Source: Promethearchaeota archaeon (lineage in GTDB: Archaea; Asgardarchaeota; Lokiarchaeia; Sigyniarchaeales; SOKP01). From it: a stretch of 49,276 nt of DNA. Shown here piece after piece: positions 9,952-18,652 of this stretch. The notes beneath the pieces were generated by a model. That model saw nothing but the letters and a program-made list of their open reading frames with translations. It did not search any database and had not been told where the DNA came from. Every line of letters begins with the position of its first letter. The first letter of the stretch is position 1. A program made the translations under genes and the position numbers. The stretch is from positions 1 through 49,276 of the forward strand of contig JBHLNY010000002.1 in the NCBI GenBank assembly GCA_048941065.1. The letters run 5' to 3'.

Positions 9952-11409
9952 ATGTCTTTTAGAGAAAATACAGTTAAAATTATATCAACTTTGGGCCCTG
10001 CATCATCTTCAAAAGAGATGCTAAGAAAACTTATTGATGCTGGAGTTGATATTTTTCGAATAAATTTCTCGCATGGAAGTCATAGTGAAAAAGGGGAGAT
10101 AGTCGAAAGGATCAGAGAAGTAAGTGAATATGCTGGTATTTTAGCTGACATTCAAGGGCCAAAGATCAGAGTAGGTGAATTTAAAGGTGATCAACCATAT
10201 AATCTAAATGTTGGGCAAGAAGTAAGAGTATTTGAGAGGGAAATTGAAGGTGATCAAGAACAGTTTTCAATTCCTTTAGTTGGTTTCTTAAAATCAATGA
10301 GTAAAGGAGATGTTTTTTTTGTAAATGATGGAATCATTAAAATTAAAGTGAAAAGTAAAGAAAAGGACCATATTATTGGAGAAGTGTTAGCTGGCGGAAT
10401 TATCAGTAATCGAAAAGGTGTGAATATCCCTTATGGTCATTTAACTCAGAGAGTTCCTACAGAGAAAGATATAAAAGATCTTGAATTTATAGCTGATCTT
10501 GACCCCGAATATGTTGCCATTTCATTTGTATCTGGAGGAGATGATGTTCTTCATGTTAAAAAGCTCCTTGAAAATTATGGAAATGACGATATAAAATTAA
10601 TATCCAAAATTGAACGCCCTGTAGCTTTAGATAATTTTGATAGTATATTAGAGGTCAGTGATGGTATCATGGTTGCGAGAGGTGATTTAGGAGTGGAAAT
10701 CGATCCTGATAAAGTTCCCTTATGGCAAAAACAAATGATCTATAAGGCTAATAAAGAAGGAAAGCCAATTATTGTTGCGACACAGATGCTTGAATCGATG
10801 GTCTCAAATCCTATACCAACACGAGCAGAAGCAAATGATGTTTATAATGCTGTAATGGATGGAACTGATGCAGTTATGCTTTCAGCAGAAACTGCTGTAG
10901 GAAAGTATCCTATTAATGCCGTTAAATTTATGAATCAAATAGCAAAAACTGCTACTGAAAATATGCCTCGAAGGATTCCTGATGAGTATGACTCAGATAG
11001 GCTAACGCATACACAAACTCTTGGTCATGCTATACATGCATTAGCAACTGAAATGGAAGAATTGAATTTTAGAGGAAAAATTATGGTTATTACTCGTCGC
11101 GGATATGGGGCACGTATGATATCTAAATTCAGACCACCACTACCAATTATTGCTATTACTCCATTTAAGAAAACCGCAAGGGAATTAAATTTAGTATGGG
11201 GTGTACATCCTGTACAATTAGAGAAATCTAGCTTCTTTAAATTAGATGTAGAATCTATCATAGAGCAATCAGTCAAGTATACAGTCGAAAAGGGAATATT
11301 GGATGAAAATGAGCATGTTATTATTTTACTTGTGTCAAGAAAATATGAAAGACGAGGAAATTTGGTAGGACTATACTACGTAGGAGAAATATTGGAAACT
11401 AGTTCTTAG
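9952..11409 (+). CDS. pyk: pyruvate kinase
   Basis: 485 aa. TKIISTLGPAS, FRINFSHGS, QGPKIR, MVARGDLGVEI and TQMLESM motifs. Confidence 0.92.
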   Translation: MSFRENTVKIISTLGPASSSKEMLRKLIDAGVDIFRINFSHGSHSEKGEIVERIREVSEYAGILADIQGPKIRVGEFKGDQPYNLNVGQEVRVFEREIEGDQEQFSIPLVGFLKSMSKGDVFFVNDGIIKIKVKSKEKDHIIGEVLAGGIISNRKGVNIPYGHLTQRVPTEKDIKDLEFIADLDPEYVAISFVSGGDDVLHVKKLLENYGNDDIKLISKIERPVALDNFDSILEVSDGIMVARGDLGVEIDPDKVPLWQKQMIYKANKEGKPIIVATQMLESMVSNPIPTRAEANDVYNAVMDGTDAVMLSAETAVGKYPINAVKFMNQIAKTATENMPRRIPDEYDSDRLTHTQTLGHAIHALATEMEELNFRGKIMVITRRGYGARMISKFRPPLPIIAITPFKKTARELNLVWGVHPVQLEKSSFFKLDVESIIEQSVKYTVEKGILDENEHVIILLVSRKYERRGNLVGLYYVGEILETSS

Positions 11410-11571
11410 AACATTTAAAGCTTTTAATTGGATTTTTAACCAGAAATCTTTTTATTTGCATGCTTCCCTAAGATATTTATTTCAATTTTAAACGAAAAAT
11501 TATCAGTCTTTTATAATATTTAAGCATAACTTTATTTCTTTTTTTTTAAATAATCATGAAGGAATTAGGAA

Positions 11572-11979
11572 ATGTATAATACTCTTAAAACTTTTAAGAA
11601 TAAAGTTTATACAGGTATGAGTATAGGAAATTCACATTTTTGGAATTATAACGATGGAAAATGGACCGAAACTAAGAAAGCCCCTGACAGATGGAGTTTT
11701 CAATTTGATTCTTTAAAAACAAGAGTAAAATCGGCCCCTGTTAATACAGGAGCAAGTATCAATACTAAATTCCATTGGTATATCATAGCAGACCAGATCG
11801 CAACTAAATTAGATAATAACTCTTATATGACTTCCATGAAAGGAGTTAAATTTAAACTTGGTCATAAGCGACCTTATTGGAAAACTTTCAGTTATAATTA
11901 TCCAGAACAAGTTTCATATAAGCAACGGATTATAGGCATTTTAGAAGAAGTTATTAGCAAATTAAAAAAAGAGATATAA
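11572..11979 (+). CDS. hypothetical protein
   Basis: 135-aa ORF with non-low-complexity, Trp-rich composition (HFWNYNDGKWTETKKAPDRWSF, HWYIIADQ). I cannot name a family. Confidence 0.5.
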   Translation: MYNTLKTFKNKVYTGMSIGNSHFWNYNDGKWTETKKAPDRWSFQFDSLKTRVKSAPVNTGASINTKFHWYIIADQIATKLDNNSYMTSMKGVKFKLGHKRPYWKTFSYNYPEQVSYKQRIIGILEEVISKLKKEI

Positions 11980-12013
11980 GATATTATATATTATAAAATT
12001 GTTCAAGATAAAA

Positions 12014-12523
12014 TTATCCTCCGCCAATTGGAGGAAAAATAGCTATTAGATCCCCATCCATAAGATTTGTATTTTTATCTTGATGTGGTCTTCCATTTAT
12101 CAAGATTTTTAGATTCTGTTCTTCTTTAGGAATTCCAAATTTCTGGATAATAGTATTTACTGTACTTCCTTCTGGTAACTCTAACATAGATTCTGGAGGG
12201 CCATATTTTCTTAAATTAGCATAAAATTTAGTCTTAACAGATATAATATTGTTCTTAGCTAATTCAACAAACATTAAAGCCATTCTCTTTGGGAATAATC
12301 CAATTCTATCTCCATCGGATACATTTTTCCCTAAACCACAATACTTTCCATTAACAAATATATGACTAAGCTCATTTGTTTCTATATTAAACTTATTAAG
12401 AATATCAAAAATAGTTTGTATCCCATTACTTTCAATTCTTAGCGTGCTAGGTTTACCCATTTCAAATCCGGGTTGCTTTGCCTTTTCTCTTAAATCTCCA
12501 TATAATTTAATTGTAAGTACCAT
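12014..12523 (-). CDS. tandem MoaD/ThiS-type ubiquitin-like (beta-grasp) protein with C-terminal GGG
   Basis: 169 aa. First module is MVLTIKLYGDLREKA...VNGKY...DGDRIGLFP. Second module is ISVKTKFYANL...ILINGRP...DGDLIAIFPPIGGG, followed directly by the stop codon. Confidence 0.7.
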   Translation of the reverse strand: MVLTIKLYGDLREKAKQPGFEMGKPSTLRIESNGIQTIFDILNKFNIETNELSHIFVNGKYCGLGKNVSDGDRIGLFPKRMALMFVELAKNNIISVKTKFYANLRKYGPPESMLELPEGSTVNTIIQKFGIPKEEQNLKILINGRPHQDKNTNLMDGDLIAIFPPIGGG

Positions 12524-12731
12524 TTTTAAACTTAAAAGTGTCGTTTCTCTATTAATTCAACAAGCTAATTTAAATATAAAATTATCTTTTATGAAATAAA
12601 AGATGATAAGACCAGCTTAATTATAGATTACTTTTTCAAAGTACTAATCAAGCAAGTATTAAAGGTAAAGAAATTTTAATTTAGAATTAAAATAAGATAA
12701 TAATTATAAATTTTTAAAATGGTGGATATAT

Positions 12732-13022
12732 ATGGAGGAAAAACCAAAAATAGGCTATCAGATTATTGGCACTATAAAGGATGTAAAAGGTCAATGTAAT
12801 GCTGGTCATAAGGTGGGAGATAAAATAGAACTTGATGGACAAAAATCAGGAGGATTATGTGGATTTTTTTATCATGATATTTTTCCCTACATTATAATGC
12901 TGCAATTTGGAGGATCATTTCCTGTAGAATGGGGTGGGAATCCTGACGTTGTTGAGCTTGAATGCCCAGATAGAACAAATATAGTCAAAATAGAATTAAG
13001 AAGAATAAGAAATAAGGTTTAA
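12732..13022 (+). CDS. TIGR04076-like small protein
   Basis: 96 aa. The pattern C-x2-GHKVGD ... GGLCGFFYHDIFPYIIMLQFGG ... ECPD matches my recollection of the TIGR04076 family. Confidence 0.55.
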   Translation: MEEKPKIGYQIIGTIKDVKGQCNAGHKVGDKIELDGQKSGGLCGFFYHDIFPYIIMLQFGGSFPVEWGGNPDVVELECPDRTNIVKIELRRIRNKV

Positions 13023-13270
13023 ATAAATAATTAACTATATAATTTTCTTTTTTATTTCAAATTAATTTTAACTTTTTAGATTAGCTACAAAAATCTACAA
13101 ATTAAAAATCTTGTGATCTCGCTTCTAATATTAATGAAAATTATTTCATATCTCCATAAGTAGTTAACCAATGTGTAATGAAAAGATAAATTTTTCTAGT
13201 TAAAATTTGAAATTAGGATGATAAGAGGAAAAATTGATTACTCGAAGATTATAAGCTTTAGGAATTAGAT

Positions 13271-13684
13271 ATGATTGATTATCAAAATGATGATTTAAAA
13301 GAAAACCAGTACTATCACCTACAAATTGTTGGGATTTATTATACAAGAAATGGTGAATACTTATCCGAATTACCGTCAAAAACAGAATTAGAATTAAAAC
13401 CTGAACCAAATAATAGATATGATAGATTTGCAGTTAGTGTTTGGCATAATAATAAGAAACTAGGTTATCTACCACGAAAAAAAAATAAACCGTTCTTTAA
13501 TGCATTAGTCTCAAATCAGTTGATTCTTAATTGTATTTTAGGTTGTTATATCCCTAGCTCTGAAAATTTGCATTATCGAGGAAGATTTCAACCAGAGCGC
13601 GCAAATATTACAGTTCATACTTATAGAAATGAAATAGCCTGGCGACCAGTAAATTTATTACCCGAAGATTCAATGGCATTTTAA
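13271..13684 (+). CDS. standalone HIRAN domain protein
   Basis: 137 aa. LQIVGIYY...LELKPEPNNRYDRFAVSVWHNNKKLGYLPRKKNKPF matches the HIRAN core (VGxxYY ... EPxNxYDxxAV.V ... GY(L/V)PR). Confidence 0.6.
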   Translation: MIDYQNDDLKENQYYHLQIVGIYYTRNGEYLSELPSKTELELKPEPNNRYDRFAVSVWHNNKKLGYLPRKKNKPFFNALVSNQLILNCILGCYIPSSENLHYRGRFQPERANITVHTYRNEIAWRPVNLLPEDSMAF

Positions 13685-13701
13685 ACATAACTTAAAGTAA
13701 T

Positions 13702-14373
13702 TCAATATTCCCTTAGAATTTCAATACCTCTCTTTTTCAGGTTTTTTATAACAAACGGATATCTAATTAGAGTTTCATACTCTAAATCAGGGATTCCTAA
13801 ACTTCTTATTTGCTTATCAGTAAATAAATCAATAAGAATTGCCGCTCTATGTTTTATTTTATATTTTTTAAGTAAGTTTAGTGCATCTAACTGATTTTTG
13901 AAATACTTTCCCTCAGCTCCAGTGATTTTTTCAAAGGATTTTTCGTCAATTCCCTTTAGAGAAACTCTTACATAAATGTTTTTAAAATTACATAGCTCCT
14001 TTATGTAATCCTCATTTAATAATATTCCATTCGTTTCAAGAATATAAATCTTATCATTTGGAATCAAAGTTATTAATTGAAACAAGTTTTTCTTACATAT
14101 TGTTGGTTCTCCTCCACTTATTCTTACCAATGACAAATCCATCTTCATTAATTTTTCATTGATTTCTCTAGGGGAATAAAAATTACCGAATTTTTCTGGA
14201 TTCCAGATTTTTTTTTGCGCCCAACAATATACACATCTTAGATTACAACCTAAACAATCAGCAGTAGCACAACCACCATAGAACTGTGTTTTTCGAAACC
14301 TATAAAACTTTCTTGAGTTATTCTTACATACAGCCTTTTTAATGCTACCCGTTAATTTAATAGGATCAATCAT
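13702..14373 (-). CDS. radical SAM protein
   Basis: 223 aa. CNLRCVYCW (CxxxCxxC) cluster motif and ISGGEP glycine-rich SAM motif. Confidence 0.8.
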   Translation of the reverse strand: MIDPIKLTGSIKKAVCKNNSRKFYRFRKTQFYGGCATADCLGCNLRCVYCWAQKKIWNPEKFGNFYSPREINEKLMKMDLSLVRISGGEPTICKKNLFQLITLIPNDKIYILETNGILLNEDYIKELCNFKNIYVRVSLKGIDEKSFEKITGAEGKYFKNQLDALNLLKKYKIKHRAAILIDLFTDKQIRSLGIPDLEYETLIRYPFVIKNLKKRGIEILREY

Positions 14374-14531
14374 GATTAGTGATAATTAAAAAACTAATTT
14401 TTACAAATTTGGAAAAGAACTAAATATATTTTCGTTATAATAGTACAGAAATGTTAAAATTTTAAAATCTTTTTATTCTTTCCGTAGTTTAATTTCAATA
14501 ATTAATTAATATTAAAGAGAACAACCTTCTT

Positions 14532-14816
14532 ATGACATTAGAAAATTTAATAAATTTTATCAAAGTAAGGGGAATCAACGATACCTTTCGAATTCTTTCC
14601 CAATTTGACAATAATAAGATTGAAAAACGAGTTTTTTATGAAAATCTAAATAAAATAAGCTACTATAATTCATTTCTTCGAGTAAAAGACAAATTATTAG
14701 AAAAAAAATTAATTAACATTGAAAAAGTCAATGGTAAGACTTATATCGGATTAACAAAAAAGGGTAAAATAATTCTTAATAAACTCATCGAACTTAATGA
14801 ATTAATAAAAACTTAG
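14532..14816 (+). CDS. small putative winged-helix DNA-binding protein
   Basis: 94 aa. Helix-rich N-terminus followed by LEKKLINIEKVNGKTYIGLTKKGK, a wing-like hairpin. Call rests on pattern only. Confidence 0.4.
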   Translation: MTLENLINFIKVRGINDTFRILSQFDNNKIEKRVFYENLNKISYYNSFLRVKDKLLEKKLINIEKVNGKTYIGLTKKGKIILNKLIELNELIKT

Positions 14817-15212
14817 TCTTTCTTCATTTTAATAGTTAAAACTCTTTAAAGGAAATAGATTAGGTCTTTTCTCTTTTTTTCAAATTTTTTGATAATATAC
14901 TATTTCTTCAGTTGGTTTGTATTCTTTATCTTCACTTTTGGACCTTACTGGACAAAAAAATGGTTTTAAAACCTTATAGGTTTTTTTTAGAACAATGGTT
15001 TTAATAATAGAAAGTAAAGGATTACACTATTTTAAATAATAGTAAGATATGTGAAATTAACTTCAAATTACATTTTTAATATAAAATTGTATTTCCATAA
15101 TACCGAGAGAATTACAAATTTTTATTTACATTTAAAAAGGTTGCTAATTATATAGTTTTGTGTATATGAAGTATTTAAATAATTTTTTTAAACTAAAAAG
15201 AACTGATAAATT

Positions 15213-16292
15213 ATGCCCTCAAAAAGGTATCTATCAAATAAGAAAACTTCTCAGCAAACTATTTCAATCTCACCTGCTCTTAAAGAATGGATTGATAGGT
15301 TTGTTAGAGTAAATTATCAAAAGAATCCAGAAGATAAGAGATTCAAAAGTATTTCTGCATTTTATAATTATGTAATGGAAAAGACAATGGAAATTTTAAC
15401 TAAAGGTAAATCACTTAACGATTTCGAAAGAGTTGTTGATAGCGAAATAAGAGATATTTTTGATAAGATTTCCTTTAAAGGTACCATTCCTTATTATGAG
15501 AACGCGGTTGAACCAAATAGATATACATACTTGGCTTTTGAGAAGACTCCTTTTTTTTTAATAGCAATAAGAGATATGTACTTAGGAATGATAGATCCCA
15601 GTGATACTGAGAGTATAGAGAAAGGTTTTCAAAGAGTGCGGAATTATATGTTGAAGAATAAATTAACAAAAGATTTTCGATTGGATATTTTTACTGAGAA
15701 GAATGGAAAACATTTAACAGGTATATTTGAGTATATTGGGACTAATAGAAATTTACATTTTGAAAATTGTAAATACAATGCTGCAGCATTTGGGATTTTA
15801 GGATCAAAAATAACAAATTGTATCTATTCAGAAAGAGATCTATATTGTAGATTTGATTTAGAGAGCACTGAATTATGGTTTAAACAAACTTTAGCAAAAA
15901 AAGAAAGGATGAAACTACTAAAAGAAAATATCTCTTACCTAGTTAATTATGAAAGAATTATCAGAGATAAAGATTATTATCTATGGATGAAAATGGCCAA
16001 TGACAGAGATTTGATAATTAGCTTTAACAATGAGAAGATTATTAAGGAATGGTTAGAACTAATTGAAATAGATTTTAAGAAATTCGGAGAAAGTGAAGAT
16101 ATTCCTTTAAATATCCTAAGATTTTTCGAAAAATTACATTGGATTAATATAGAAAGTGAGAGAGACTTAATTTTTCAAATTAGGCTTTCAAAAACGACTC
16201 ACGGTTATGAAAGAGAATTTTTATTAGAATCTCTTTCAAAGTATGGAAAAATATCCCAAGATAATGAAATATTTTATTTAGAGAAAAAATAA
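15213..16292 (+). CDS. hypothetical protein with ribbon-helix-helix-like N-terminus
   Basis: 359 aa. QQTISISPALKEWIDRFVRVNYQ resembles an RHH strand-helix. The rest is unrecognised. Confidence 0.5.
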   Translation: MPSKRYLSNKKTSQQTISISPALKEWIDRFVRVNYQKNPEDKRFKSISAFYNYVMEKTMEILTKGKSLNDFERVVDSEIRDIFDKISFKGTIPYYENAVEPNRYTYLAFEKTPFFLIAIRDMYLGMIDPSDTESIEKGFQRVRNYMLKNKLTKDFRLDIFTEKNGKHLTGIFEYIGTNRNLHFENCKYNAAAFGILGSKITNCIYSERDLYCRFDLESTELWFKQTLAKKERMKLLKENISYLVNYERIIRDKDYYLWMKMANDRDLIISFNNEKIIKEWLELIEIDFKKFGESEDIPLNILRFFEKLHWINIESERDLIFQIRLSKTTHGYEREFLLESLSKYGKISQDNEIFYLEKK

Positions 16293-16327
16293 AAAATTGA
16301 TTATAAATATTATAATCATCAATGCAA

Positions 16328-16879
16328 TTACTCGGTTGACCAATTGTAAGGTTTTGGGCCGGCAAATATTAAGATAAGCGCAGGAATAAGTATGGGTAAT
16401 CCACCCCACCATTGACCAAAAATTTCGACTATAGTTCCCCAGATTAACATCCATGGAATTCTAGCTTTTCCAACTACAAGTACATCATTAAGTAAAGAAT
16501 CCCAATCTTTAGAGGCACACTTATCAGAGAATCTAGGTTTAATAATAAAAATGGCAAGTATAAATGAGACCACAGCTGATATTATATGCCATACTCCTAA
16601 TGCTGTTCCCGACCAATACCACAATACAGCATCCCACGCTAGTATGAATATTCCCCCTATAAGATAAATGATACCATGAATTAATAATATTATCCAAGCC
16701 CATTTTCCAAGCTCTGAAACAAAAGATTCATATTTGTGCCAATTAGGATTACTTCCCTTTTTTGACTTTGATTTAGTTTCCTTTTTTTCTACTACAGGTG
16801 AAGAGGTGGCGTAACCACATTTTTCACAAATTTCTGCTTCACCCATATCAGCTCCACATTCAGGACACAATTTTACCAT
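16328..16879 (-). CDS. zinc-ribbon membrane protein
   Basis: 183 aa. N-terminal CPECG...CEKCG zinc ribbon, a Lys/Ser linker, then about four hydrophobic helices. Confidence 0.6.
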   Translation of the reverse strand: MVKLCPECGADMGEAEICEKCGYATSSPVVEKKETKSKSKKGSNPNWHKYESFVSELGKWAWIILLIHGIIYLIGGIFILAWDAVLWYWSGTALGVWHIISAVVSFILAIFIIKPRFSDKCASKDWDSLLNDVLVVGKARIPWMLIWGTIVEIFGQWWGGLPILIPALILIFAGPKPYNWSTE

Positions 16880-17036
16880 AGTGTTTCACTTCTTATTTTT
16901 TCAATTTTGATTAATTAACCTATATTTGATCTTTGAAACATTTATACTTTAGCTTAATATTTCCAATAGTAAGTATTAAATTTAACACAAATTTACATAT
17001 AAATGAAAGTGGATTATAGTATTTTGCATTAATAAG

Positions 17037-17261
17037 TTATCGAAATCTACTGAAATAATTGTAATATCCTCTCTTTGACTTAAATGGCTTTTCTGGTAGC
17101 TTAAAATAACAGTCGGGACAAAAAATTAAAATCGTAGAATCGTTCCAATATTCTTGAGCTTTTTCTTGCGATATCGAGGGGTTTATTTGACAAAATTCCT
17201 CATAAGTAAGGGTTTGATTACAATCGGCACATTTTTTTTCTTGGGTTCTACATTGTTTCAT
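17037..17261 (-). CDS. small Cys-rich (zinc-ribbon-like) protein
   Basis: 74 aa. CADC ... CPDC pairs. Confidence 0.45.
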   Translation of the reverse strand: MKQCRTQEKKCADCNQTLTYEEFCQINPSISQEKAQEYWNDSTILIFCPDCYFKLPEKPFKSKRGYYNYFSRFR

Positions 17262-17454
17262 TAATAAAAATACCCCTTTAGATTTTATACTGTATAGAGT
17301 GAAAAAATTTTCTTGTTAATAGTAAGATTCTTCAATTAACATAATAATTTGACATATCAATCATATTTTGATTCTCCCTTTTTTTCTTTATAAATATTTA
17401 ATAGGATAGTGATTCTAATGCTAATTGAAGAATCAATAAGGGAAAGTTAATAGT

Positions 17455-17664
17455 ATGGATTATTCAGAACCATTTCTTAAAATGCTTCAATTTCTTCAAC
17501 TTACTTATAAAAAGTTCCCAAAATTCATGATTGAAGTCATGGCTGAAAATTATGGTATTCCCTTCAAAGAGATCAAACCTTTAATAAATAAGTTTAGAAA
17601 GGAGGGAATTTTAATTATATTGAAAAATGAAGGCTATACTTTTACACTAAATAATGATTCTTAA
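17455..17664 (+). CDS. small hypothetical protein (possible wHTH)
   Basis: 69-aa ORF. IKPLINKFRKEGILIILKNEGYTFTL resembles a recognition helix plus wing. Confidence 0.35.
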   Translation: MDYSEPFLKMLQFLQLTYKKFPKFMIEVMAENYGIPFKEIKPLINKFRKEGILIILKNEGYTFTLNNDS

Positions 17665-17762
17665 TAATTTCTATTTTATTTATTTTTAAAGAAAAAATTT
17701 TGGTTTTTCCTCTTATACACCCCATTCCCCTCATTTTCCCTTTATTTTATAAAATCGTAACA

Positions 17763-17795
17763 TTTATATAGGCAAGTTAATATAAGTATATTAAC
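17763..17795 (+). promoter_or_regulatory. candidate grpE-dnaK-dnaJ promoter: TATA-like box followed by a perfect 9-2-9 palindrome (possible operator)
   Basis: TTTATATA at 17763-17770. GTTAATATA-AG-TATATTAAC at 17776-17795 is a perfect inverted repeat sitting where an archaeal transcription start or repressor site would lie. Confidence 0.35.
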
Positions 17796-17904
17796 TAATG
17801 TCAAGAATGGATTGTCAATGGGAACTTTAACACGAGAAAATATGGGGTTTAATATTTTAAAATTGAAAAAAAGATATAGAATTAAATAAAAGTAAAAGGG
17901 AGAT

Positions 17905-18630
17905 ATGAGAAATATGGTGTTTGAAGATTATTTTGATAGATTCCTCAACGAGCGAGGTTATCCTCGAAAGTCATCAAATGAGATCGCGATATCTAAGAAA
18001 GAATATGATACCCTCAGGACAATAGCAGAGAAATATAAACTACTTGCTGAGGAGCATAAAAAAGTTCGAACGAGGAATGATGAGTTATTGAAGGAACTTG
18101 ATGACATGAAGGATGATGGTCGTAAGTTAAAGGAGTTAATGGAGGAGAAGGAGAAGTATTTGAATTCCTTATTAAGAGCAAGGGCAGATTTCGAGAACTA
18201 TAAGAAGCGTTCTGAGCGTGAGAATGAAAGATATAGAGCTCATGTTATGGAAGGTATTTTAAAGAAGCTAATTTCTCATTATGATGATTTAGTGCGAGCA
18301 TTAAATCTTTTAGAAATTCTTGAAAATGCTGAAGGAATCAAGAAGGGATTTGAAATTATTGTGAAAAATTTTGAAAAAGTCCTTTCAGAAGAGGGAGTAG
18401 AGGCCATGAATTCAGAGGGACAAAAGTTTGATCCTTATAAGCATGAAGCTATAATGGTTGAGAAAAATAGGGACGATCTCCCTGAAAGTACAATTGTAGA
18501 AGAATTAGAGAAAGGTTATTATTTTAATAACAAGGTATTGAGGCCTGCGAAGGTCAAGATATCAAAAAGATCAAAATTACAAAATTTAAATGAAAATCAA
18601 ATCAAAATAAAAATTGAAAATAAAAATTAA
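17905..18630 (+). CDS. grpE: nucleotide exchange factor GrpE
   Basis: 241 aa. Coiled-coil N-terminus, RARADFENYKKRSERE hallmark, C-terminal FDPYKHEAI and RPAKV. Confidence 0.9.
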   Translation: MRNMVFEDYFDRFLNERGYPRKSSNEIAISKKEYDTLRTIAEKYKLLAEEHKKVRTRNDELLKELDDMKDDGRKLKELMEEKEKYLNSLLRARADFENYKKRSERENERYRAHVMEGILKKLISHYDDLVRALNLLEILENAEGIKKGFEIIVKNFEKVLSEEGVEAMNSEGQKFDPYKHEAIMVEKNRDDLPESTIVEELEKGYYFNNKVLRPAKVKISKRSKLQNLNENQIKIKIENKN

Positions 18631-18652
18631 AAAAAGAAAGGAGTGAAATAAA

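Noticed and set aside
14962-14973. 12-bp palindrome GGTTTTAAAACC followed by a T-run downstream of the 94-aa gene
   Set aside because: It is short, loop-less and AT-rich, so it is expected by chance in this composition. It is not convincing as a terminator.
17665-17904. Looked for the bacterial CIRCE/HrcA operator upstream of grpE
   Set aside because: Nothing resembling TTAGCACTC-N9-GAGTGCTAA is present. Only the unrelated AT-rich palindrome reported in the findings was seen.
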